This document shows, piece after piece, positions 12,934 through 23,304 of a stretch of 48,938 bases of DNA. Within the stretch, counting starts at the first letter, position 1; each line of letters opens with the position of its first letter. A program made the translations under genes and the position numbers. The notes beneath the pieces were generated by a model that saw only the letters and a program-made list of their open reading frames with translations, had not been told where the DNA came from and did no database searches. Source of the stretch: Nemertoderma westbladi (lineage: Eukaryota; Animalia; Xenacoelomorpha); NCBI GenBank assembly GCA_032718475.1, contig JAUCBJ010002848.1, forward strand, positions 1 through 48,938. The letters run 5' to 3'.

Positions 12934-13193
12934 CCTAAGTGCATATTCATTGCAATATTTTTCATCTCTTCGTGGACGCAAGCATCCCAGGTTTGCAGTA
13001 GAATGAGTTGCTGTTCGTGTGTGGGAAATACAGTGTTATCTGAATCTACATCAGTATCGCTTGTGGATAAAGTTTGGTTTATATCGTTTGAAGTGACGGA
13101 TCTTTCTACCAACTTGTAACCGTAAGATGACGCACCGGTACCCTTTCTTTCCCTGCCTCCAGAGGGTATGCATTTACCGCATAAACATCCCAT
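12934..13193 (-). CDS. Globin exon 1 (N-terminal extension plus helices A and B) of the same gene
   Basis: ATG at 13193; MGCLCGKC...FPTHEQQLILLQTWDACVHEEMKNIAMNMHL plus GG, then donor GTTAGT (phase 2). This joins exon 2 (first base A, completing GGA) in frame. xTxEQxxLIxxTW is the typical globin A-helix motif. Confidence 0.88.
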
Positions 13194-14296
13194 TCCTGCC
13201 TTCTATGAGACACCGATATCGTTTACAGGTACCAGTCTGCCTGTACTGGCACTGAAACGACACTATGTGCTATGAATCGTAATAACTGAATAAGGTAATA
13301 TTACTATTACAGTATTACATTACCCTGTTCTGCTGTTACCGGTGAACGATATATTAAATATACCAATACCAACCAGCCAACGGTAGGCCCTATCCGGCTG
13401 TCCGGTATAACTATAGCTGTATAGGCTACGGTCTGACGGTAGTCTACGGTATATCCGGTAACTCTGAACTCATTACTGCATTAAGAACAGTATAGGCCTA
13501 CTGGCTGACTGGTATAATGAACAATATACAGATATAAGCCTTCGCAGTACTGTCATTTTCTTGACTGCTGGACTGTATTTATATGATAAATGAACGGATC
13601 TGTCAGTCTGTTGTTGAGGGACACGGGATGGGACAGTGGGATGGGATAGACTTGGCCTATCGTGCGATAACTCAAGTCAACTCACTTAACTAGGCCTTCT
13701 TAACTTAACTTGCAACGAGCAGACTGGCAGACGAGGTAAGCCAGTAAGCAGATATCTGGATATAGCTGTATCTGTCTGTCTGTGTATCACAGTTACAGTA
13801 TACAGGTATAAGTGTATAGAGCTGTGTAGACTGTAAGACCAGGCTGCCAGGAGACGGGACACTAAGATACCGCAGTTACCGGATACTGCACATACGGCAG
13901 AGGCAGTACGGCAGGTCGAGAGGGGCAGGTCGGCATACTGGCATATGCCAGTATGCTGATATGTGCGTACGGTACGGTAGTGCAGTAGTCTGGCGTAGCG
14001 TTAAGTGACATACCGGTAGCGCCCACCGGCTGACCGGTAACGTTCAACGGTTACGGTATACCGTACTGGCAACTGGTATCATACAGGTATATGTACTTAG
14101 CAATAACATACTTACTGACTTGCTTAAAGTTATACATACTTCATACTTAGCAATATGCAGATGTACCGGTACCTAATTGACATATTGGACAGTGGACACC
14201 GACCAATTGAAGGAAATAAATTCAAATGGAAAATTGAACTTAAATTGAAATTGAACATACGGTCACTGACGGTTGTACGGGCTGACGGGTGACAGA

Positions 14297-14927
14297 CCGA
14301 ACGTAATCACGATCGAATGTAACATAGTTTTTATGAATCGAATGTCTGAATGTAACCTCAATTATGTTACATCGGATTCTATAGGCCTACAGCTATAACC
14401 TGATAACTATCATGGTAAATTCGATCTACAAATTACAAAGCTCGAATGTAACATAGGCCTAGATTTATTTCAGTTATTTTGATTTCAGGAGTTAACCGAT
14501 GAAATGCTTCGTTTATTTACAGGAAGAAACAGCTTGGTGAGTACAAAAGATAGACTCAAGACCCAATTAAGTAACCTGTATAATCTTGAAACATGTCGAT
14601 CAGCATGCTTTAACTTTCGTTTATTGTTTTGGTTCCCCCAACCTGACGCCTCTGTAAGACTGTAACCTGCTCCTTTCAGCCTTTAATTAAAAGTAACCTG
14701 CATAATGTTGTAACATGTGTTAACTTTCGTTTATTGTTTTGGTTCCCCCAACACGCCTCTGTAACCTGCTCCTTTAAATGGCAGTGTTACATTCAGGCGA
14801 CATTCGGGCTTAGTAATTTGTAGATAGAATGTAACATAGCTGCATAGTTATAGGATCCAATGTAACATAATTGCGGTTAAATTCGATACGTAATAACTAT
14901 GTTACATTCAATCCTGATTACGTTCGG
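14297..14927. mobile_element. Non-autonomous element with long (~150 bp) imperfect terminal inverted repeats and an internal 110-bp duplication
   Basis: CCGAACGTAATCA...GAATGTAACATAG on the left mirrors CTATGTTACATTC...TGATTACGTTCGG on the right. TAACTTTCGTTTATTGTTTTGGTTCCCCCAAC occurs at 14611 and 14721. Confidence 0.75.
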
Positions 14928-16022
14928 CCATGTATCCCGCCATCCCGGCAGTACGGTCAGACGGTAGTCTGGTAGGCCTACTGGCAGTAGCAGTACCGAA
15001 ACCGATATGTCAGTATGTGTTTGCCTTGCCTACCTGCCTACTGTAGTAGTCTGGTAGTAGTAGGCATACGCTAAGTACCGTCTGACCGTATGCCGTACTG
15101 AAGTATCCAGGCCTGAGGCTGAGCCAAGCTTTAACGGTCTGGCAGTCTGGCGTTCCTACAACCTGACAAACCAACAGACATCATACTGTCATAGTGTATG
15201 AAAAGCTAAAATTAAACATTACAGCATTACCAGATCAGCAGATTGCAGTAGGTCTGAAGGTACCGCGATAGGCTGATAGGGGCCTACTGTTAAAACAATT
15301 GACAGCCTGGCCTGGACTGATGAACATTGCACATTGTACAGTGTCAGTAGTACATGTTACATGTACTCATTAGACTGTCTGACTGTTAGATTAATTTTTT
15401 ATTAGTCCTACACCATGAATATTAAGAAAAAATATAGCATAGGCCTACTGGCCTAAGTTTAAAGTTAAAATTGTGAAAAATGCCATACTGCCATATAATA
15501 ATTTATTTAAGTGTAGGCCTATGTAAGGAAGGTAAAGCCACCTAACTATTTATCTACATTTTTTACCGGTAGTTGTTCAGTAGTTATACTTTTAACTAAG
15601 TACCGGTAATAACTATTCTACCCTCTCATATGTAGTTGGAAAATGAATCCACCAATCGATATCCACTCACTTCAACACTTACACTGACTGCATTATGATG
15701 CCAGAAGGCAGATGCCACATAGTTGTATGGAAGACATGAAAGAAAATATTCTGCCAGTAATCAATGCCCTACATGGGCAGTGAGTAATATGATTGGTGTT
15801 GCCATGGCAATAATATTCCAATCAGCAGTAACTATTATCTTGATGAACAAAATAATGGAATTTTTCAAAAGGAATTTTGTGATGCTTTAACCATAATACG
15901 TTTCCGTTTTGGGTACAAAGTGGTAGAACCCATATTTTTTAATGTTAATGAGAACATAATGATTGGGTTGAAGGTGGAAACTTAATAATAACGAGGAAAT
16001 GCTTATTGTATATATATGTATA

Positions 16023-16290
16023 TGCCTTTCACATCCAACGGAACGGTACACCGCGCGGTGTACCGCAGGGCCAGCGGCACACCGCTAACTGTGAACGACC
16101 CAACGCCGCCCCCATTTAAACAATGTTAAAACAATGTAATTTCCTGTTGAATTCACAGTCGACAAATACAATCAGTTACCGCAAGGGTACCGTTGGGCGT
16201 GAACGGGCTCCGGGTTGTGTACTGCTGGCTTACCGCTTCAATACCGCCAGACTACTTTACTGCTCACGCACCGTCGGATGTGAACGGGGC
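16023..16290. mobile_element. MITE, possibly PIF/Harbinger-like
   Basis: TTCACATCCAACGG at the left and CCGTCGGATGTGAACGGGGC followed by TTAA at the right; internal GTGAACG repeats. Confidence 0.5.
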
Positions 16291-17867
16291 TTAATTAATG
16301 TACCGGTAGTGCAGCTTATTTTTGGCCATAACTTCACTAGTTTTGATCGTAGGGAGCTAGTTTTGGGCTCATTCTGTTCTTGAACATAACGATTTTATTC
16401 AAATCAACTTCCACTTTTATAATTTTGTTATTTATTCTCATTCAAAAACTCTGTTAAAAATACCCCATTTTCCAAATCATGTTCAAATTATTTGATATTT
16501 TGCACTCTTTTGCAATTCCTTTTAGGTGCTGCGCTTTAAATACCACGCAGAGTTATGACTATACTAATTACAACGGATGGTCATGAGATAACGCAAATGT
16601 TTACATTCTTTAGGAATGTATTATTAATCATTCACACTCATACAACTGACAATAGTACTGTAACACACTAATTTGCCGACTGTCACCAATTTTACTCACA
16701 TATAAGGATAAATTTAGCTCAAGTACGTTGGGGGCTATGAAACAGCATGAACTCATACAAACCACTGTAATTTGAGCCAACAATTGTTACTAGTGTTCCC
16801 CTCCGCTTACCTCAATACTCAAGAAAGCCAAGAGAGTTATCGGTTATTCCTAGTAGTCTCCAATTATAAGCATCGATTAAATGAGTTACAAACCACAATA
16901 TATTATAACAACATAAAAAATTGCTATACTCTCCAACACCTTGGAACAATGCTGGCCTTTTTAGAGTAGTTTGCGAATTGCACAAAAACAATCCATTTTT
17001 GCCGCAAAAGCTTTAACATAGTCCCTAACTAAAATTGTGTCCTCTTTCAGATGAGACAAATATAAATTGAATAGCTCCAGTAGTTTTCGGGATATGAGGA
17101 GTTTCTGGCACCCATACCATATCAACACCTTTCGGAATTGATAAAATTACACAAAATACATCACCCTTCAAAGACTTTGGTATAACCATTAATGCATTAA
17201 ACCATACTAGGCTTTTTTGTTTTGTTTTGTTGAATTCATAACTGAGTAATCGAAAGCAAGATAAGAAGCAAAATTTTCATTTTTTTTTTATTGATACTAA
17301 ATGAGCACCAAAAGTGGAAGTAGCACTTTTTTCAAAAGTGGTAAATTTGCCCTACAGTTTGGCTACTGAGGTTTTAGAATGGTGCGGATTTCATTAGGAA
17401 GGTTTATTCCTCTACATCAAACATAACGTCGAGTTGTGTAATATAACAACATAGATTAATTTTAATTAATTTACTAACATTAATTATCTCAGCATATATA
17501 TTATGTATCAATAACCTTTTGTCTAATTAGGGTTTAATTGATTATCCTAATTAATTTGACCTATTAGCACCCTAACACCCAATGGATCATGAGTGATGTC
17601 TAACTGTCACAAAGCCGGCCCAAGAGGGTGTCATAAGTGACACCTCTGATTTCATTAACTTATTTAGCTATATCCATACAGCTTTAATGTTGACCTTTGA
17701 CCCCAAGCAGCTTTAACCAAGCAGCAGGTTTAGATTTGAAACCATTCAATTGCAACCTGCTCTTATACCCCTTAGGCCATATATACCCGAGAAGCCCCCA
17801 ACAATGACTCGCCTTGACGCCTGTCAAGGCACGAGTAACCTAATTAAGAACCGAATTAAGAAGAGTA

Positions 17868-18692
17868 TAGGCACAGGCTATGTCTCACTGGGGCTCAGAC
17901 TATGCCTCACTGAGGCACAGACTATGCCTCACTGAGGCACAGACTATGTCTCACTGGGGCACAGACTATGCCTCACTGAGGCACAGAATATGCCTCACTG
18001 AGGCACAGACTATGTCTCACTGAGGCACAGACTATGTCTCACTGGGGCACAGACTATGCCTCACTGAGGCACAGTCTATGCCTCACTGAGGCACAGACTA
18101 TGCCTCACTGAGGCACAGACTATGTCTCACTGAGGCACAGACTATGTCTCACTGAGGCACAGACTATGTCTCACTGGGGCACAGACTATGCCTCACTGAG
18201 GCACAGACTATGCCTCACTGAGGCACAGACTATGTCTCACTGGGGCACAGACTATGCCTCACTGAGGCACAGACTATGTCTCACTGAGGCACAAACTATG
18301 CCTCACTGAGGCTCAGACTATGTCTCACTGAGGCACAGACTATGCCTCACTGAGGCACAGACTATGCCTCACTGAGGCACAGACTATGCCGCACTGAGGC
18401 ACAGACTATGCCTCACTGGGGCTCAGACTATGCCTCACTGAGGCACATACTATGCCTCAATAAGGCACAGACTAAGCCTCACTAAGGCACAGACTATGCC
18501 TCACTGAGGCACAGACTATGCCTCGCTAAGGCACAGACTATGCCTCACTGAGGCACTGAGGCACAGACTATGCCTCACTGAGGCTCAGACTATGCCTCAC
18601 TGAGGCACGAACTATGCCTTACGGAGGCACAGACTATGCCTCACTGAGGTACTGAGGCACAGACTATGCCTCACGGAGGCTTTGAGGCACAG
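17868..18692. repeat. 22-bp tandem repeat CTGAGGCACAGACTATGCCTCA (internally palindromic)
   Basis: Directly visible. TGAGGCA...TGCCTCA forms a hairpin in each unit. About 1.5 further units lie at 19121-19150. Confidence 0.95.
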
Positions 18693-19104
18693 TCCATGCT
18701 GGGCTCTAACTGCTGATGACACCAAATCTCTGGATGGCACATTCAAAAGAATGCTACGCCGGGTTCATTGTGTCAAGTACAATGCACACATCTCCAACCA
18801 GACACTATATAACATTGGAGGTGTCTCATTGGTCCCCCAAGCTTGACACTAGAACAAAATCGCCTCCGCTTTGCAGGACATTGCTTTCGCCGTGAGGACC
18901 AGCCAGTGCATAATCTTGTACTTTGGCAGCCTCATGGAGTGAATAAGCATGGTGGACAGCCCATGACTTTCTTGAGACGCATCTTAAAGGACACTGGCCT
19001 TGAAGATGCGGATGATCTAGCAAATGTCATGGGTGATAGGGAGTTGTGGCGGTGCAATTTTGTCGATAAGCCGGCACAGCATTCTTAACAATGCAGCTGC
19101 AATG
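18691..19104 (+). pseudogene. 3' fragment of an RTE-clade non-LTR retrotransposon, copy 1
   Basis: CWALT..DTKSLDGTFKRMLRRV...HISNQTLY...RLRFAGHCFR...LVLWQP...MGDRELWR is the typical RTE C-terminus. Confidence 0.85.
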
Positions 19105-19284
19105 GAGCATGCCGATCCTATTGAGGCACAGACTATGCCTCAGTGAGGCATTAGTAAAATCAGAGGTGACACCCTCTTGGGTCGGCTTTGTGACAGTTAT
19201 ACATCACCCATGACCCATTGGGTGTTAGGGTGCTAATTGGTCTGATTAATTAGGATAATCAATTAAACCCTAATTAGGAGTCGT

Positions 19285-19600
19285 AAGTACGCCACAGTTG
19301 TTTGGTCGCCATACCTCCAACGTGATATTGATCGTCTTGAACAAGTACAACACCGTGCCGTGCCACTCGCCTTGTCCCATCGCTGGCTGAGTTTTGTCAT
19401 ATGAAAACCGAATACGGGCACTCAAACTACCCACATTAATATATCGCCTTGTACAATCCGACCTTATAACAACATGCAAGTTTATCCACGGGATTGACAA
19501 TATTGAGCGAAGTAATTTCTTCCAGTTTCGTTCCGAACTCCACCAATACTCAACACGAGGCTCTTCCTTGGCGCTGTACAAAAGATCGAATCGTGGCCCT
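19285..19600 (+). pseudogene. CR1/L2-like LINE 3' fragment
   Basis: YATVVWSPYLQRDIDRLEQVQHRA...LSYENRIRALKLPTL.YR..SDLI..CKFIHG...TRG motifs. Confidence 0.8.
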
Positions 19601-20051
19601 TCTTCACATTAGTCGTAATTTTTTCATATCATTGAACAGCTTGCGTTGCAAGGATTCAAAATATGTAACAATATCTGAATTTCGTTGAGAAACAACTGAG
19701 ATATAGGCGTTCAAAGATTGCAAGAATTATTGTTCACTGCAGGCCATTTATTCTATTTAATAAATACACAATATTCTGGAACAATTTGTTTATGTATGAT
19801 TAGCTTCGCAATAGAGATATTGGATAGGATTACCGCTGTCGCCAACCAACTCATAAAATAAATAACACGTTCTAGAATTTCGTGTATTTATTAAATAGAA
19901 TAAATGGCCTGCAGTGAACAATAATTCTTGCAATCTTTGAACGCCTATATCTCAGCTGTTTCTCAACGAAATTCAGATATTGTTACATATTTTGAATCCT
20001 TGCAACGCAAGCTTTCCAATGATATGAAAAAATTACGACTAATGTGAAGAA
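19600..20051. repeat. Near-perfect long palindrome (~175-bp arms, ~100-bp spacer), probably a MITE or foldback element
   Basis: TTCTTCACATTAGTCGTAATTTTTTCATATCATTG...AATAAATACAC mirrored by GTGTATTTATT...CAATGATATGAAAAAATTACGACTAATGTGAAGAA. Confidence 0.9.
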
Positions 20052-21224
20052 TGTCCACGATACGGAGGGTGCGATTTCGCAAAATACACTTTTTTAAAAC
20101 GCTTATAAAAAAAATTTAAAGGCAAAATCGAAAATTCCGGCTTCATGGTAACAACCACGGTGAGTGGAACTAGTTGTGTTTCAAATTTCAAGCAATATGA
20201 TAAAGATTTGTAGAAAAATCTTGGGGGGGGGGGGGGGGGGGGGGTCCGTGTCATCAGAAAATGACACTATATTACGGGACATAATTAGAAAGTAATTCGA
20301 ATTAGAATAATAATTAGAAAGATATAGGCTATATCTTAGGCGATATATGTTGACTAAAGATATAGGCGGGATAAAGGCTAATCTGAATAATAATAATAAT
20401 ACAAGGACTAGGCCTGGGTCTACTGAAGTAGTCTTTAATATTCTTTCTATAATTCATAAGCATATTGTAACATTTGAGTAATTTCAAAAAATGTCCACTT
20501 TATTTTACTTCAAAAATTTACATGCAGTGTTTCTTAAGTAACACTTTTGGAATAAAACAACGTACCTACTGTTGTAATACTACTGTACTACGGTTTTCCG
20601 TCTCAAGTGCTACTTTACAAACAAATGTCAATACTTATTAATCCTGATACCTGATGATTTAGATTAACATGCAAGAAATAATAATTATTAAATCCATATA
20701 AAGTTTAATATATTCAAATATCCAATTCGTTCCCCATACTTTTATTTTGGTACATAAGTTCGTCGAATTCGAATAGGCCTACGATATCATGCAGTATTTT
20801 ACTGAATACATGTCTCTTGTACCATCAATTCAAGACAGGGGGTGGGGGGGGGGGGGGGGGGGGGGTTGTGGGACATCGCCGTCCCAGCAACTGACCCGCC
20901 ACATCGACGCCGCGTACTCGACATAACCGGCCTCGAAAAAATAGATGGAGATATCGAGTTTACCGCATTCCGACATTGGAGGGAGTGGTGTGTGCATGCG
21001 CACTGCCAGCAGGCCCCAACTTTCCCCGAGACATGCAGACATTTTTACAAATATTTTTTTCTATTTCAAAAAGAGCAGATTTTTATCAAGATTCCAAATT
21101 TGAAAACCATTCAGCAAGATCTGACTTACTTCTCGAGATATGGCTGTCTATCCGTTTAACTGTCGGTTTGTCAGTAAGTATGTCTGTCCGTCAATAAAAA
21201 GCATAGGCCTACTATCTGTCTAAA

Positions 21225-21715
21225 AAATTCCCTGTATGGGTTTTCGTGGTCGGTGACTTCATTTCGGATGAAGTCACTCAAATTAGGCCTTGTCGGTTAT
21301 GTCTATATGCCTGTCAGTCTGTCTGTTAAAATATAACCGACAGTCTGATAGCCAAACGGACAATTTGGAAGTAAGCAACTCGAAATGAATTCTTCGACAG
21401 TAAAACCCCCATAACTAACCTTTTAGCTAGATGGTGTGCCTTTTTCTTATAATTGACAGACAGATAGTCGGATAGTCAGAAAGACCGACAGACAGACATA
21501 CATACAAACTAGATTTCATTAAAAGTGAAAACTGACCTCAAAATGAAATCAGCGACCAGGAAAACCCCCATAGCTAAAATCTTAGCATGAGTTTGTGCTT
21601 TCTTGTTGCTAGATATATATTGACAGACATTCTCACATACAGTATTAACAGACAGTTCTTGCGCGGGAAGGTTCAAACTTTAAAGGCAATTATCTCGGAA
21701 TGGAATTTTTCATTT
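21225..21715 (+). mobile_element. Interspersed non-autonomous repeat (Helentron/DINE-like), copy 2
   Basis: Colinear homology with 7585-8070. Confidence 0.6.
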
Positions 21716-22104
21716 ATCGTGTTTCATTCAATGGCCGAAAAGACCTACATTGCTCAAATGATATTATTCAAAAGATTATATGGTTTATTTTGTTGTTTGA
21801 CTACGGCCTAATGTGATATACAGTTTATACTGTATAATCTTGAGAAATAAAACAATGTTTTTTTTATAAAAACGTACATATTTTAAGCAAATAATATAAA
21901 GTTAATAATACTATATATTATTTGTACATATTTTATATTAATTGTATTATACACAGTATTATATAACAATAATATTATATAGTAATCGCCACTAATTGAA
22001 TGCCACCCCAAATTATATGATTTCACAGGAAAAAAATTATTTAGCACCATATATATTTTTTTGTAGCACCAATTTACATTCCCCAATTTTGAATATCTCT
22101 ATCA

Positions 22105-22750
22105 CCAAAAACAAATTATCCATCCCCCAAAAACAATTATCCATCCCCCAAAAACAATTATTCATCCCCCAAAAACAATTATTCATCCCCCAAAAACAAT
22201 TATTCATCCCCCAAAAACAATTATTCATCTCCCAAAAACAATTATTCATCCCCCAAAAACAATTATTCATCCCCCAAAAACAATTATTGATTCCCCAAAA
22301 ACAATTATTCATCCCCCAAAAACAATTATTCATCCCCCAAAAACAATTATTCATCCCCCAAAAACAATTATTCATCCCCCAAAAACAAATTAATCCCCCA
22401 AAAACAATTATCCATCCCCCAAAAACAATTATCCATCCCCCAAAAACAATTATCCATCCCCCAAAAACAATTATTGATTCCCCAAAAACATTTATTCATC
22501 CCCCAAAAACAATTATCCATCCCCCAAAAACAATTATCCATCCCCCAAAAACAATTATCCATACCCCAAAAACAATTATTCATCCCCCAAAAACAATTAT
22601 CCATCCCCCAAAAACAATTATCCATCCCCCAAAAACAATTATCCATCCCCCAAAAACAATTATCCATCCCCCAAAAACAATTATTCATCCCCCAAAAACA
22701 ATTATCCATCCCCCAAAAACAATTATTCATCCCCCAAAAACAATTATTCA
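22105..22750. repeat. 21-bp tandem repeat CAAAAACAATTAT(T/C)CATCCCC
   Basis: Directly visible, about 30 units. It generates the spurious IPQKQLF and MNNCFWG ORFs. Confidence 0.95.
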
Positions 22751-23304
22751 TTGACACTTTACACTTTGCAACTTGAGTCAAATATTGACTCGTACGAACA
22801 TGTGCTTTAAACCAGTATCAATGTCATATCACAAAACGTTTGACCCCCCCTTGTCACAATCTGTCATGAAATTTCTAACCCCATCCTCCACTACCCTACG
22901 TGACGTCATTTATAGACGGCCAGAGTTGGAATAAAGCACTATAATTGCCATGTAATGAAATTAGTTACATTAATTTCAGTTAATATTTTTATATTTTCCC
23001 ATTTTGAAAGTTTCTATGAAATTTATATCTTATTTATCTTCAACTGTTAGAAGTTAACCCAATTAATCAGTAACCTGTTCATTCTGATATATTTTACGTT
23101 ATTATCCAATATATTTCCAACGATATATGAATTGGGGGTACTGTACTTAAAAGCTATAATTAGGAATTTCGCCAGTATCTTTAACGAAAAATATGAATAG
23201 AAAATAGTTTACTGCGCCTAACATAAAAATAAAAAATTATTAATATTGCAATTTGTCCGTCAAACCAACTAATCGTTAAAACATCCCAGTTCACCTTAGA
23301 GCGT

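Larger units (their letters stand above)
17523..19277. mobile_element. Composite non-autonomous TIR element (~130-bp TIRs) carrying a satellite and an RTE fragment
   Basis: CTAATTAGGGTTTAATTGATTATCCTAATTAAT...GCACCCTAACACCCAATGG...CACCTCTGATTT (17523-17652) is the reverse complement of about 19157-19277. Confidence 0.85.

Noticed and set aside
21996-22781. IPQKQLF, HPPKTII and MNNCFWG repeat proteins
   Set aside because: Translations of the 21-bp tandem repeat.
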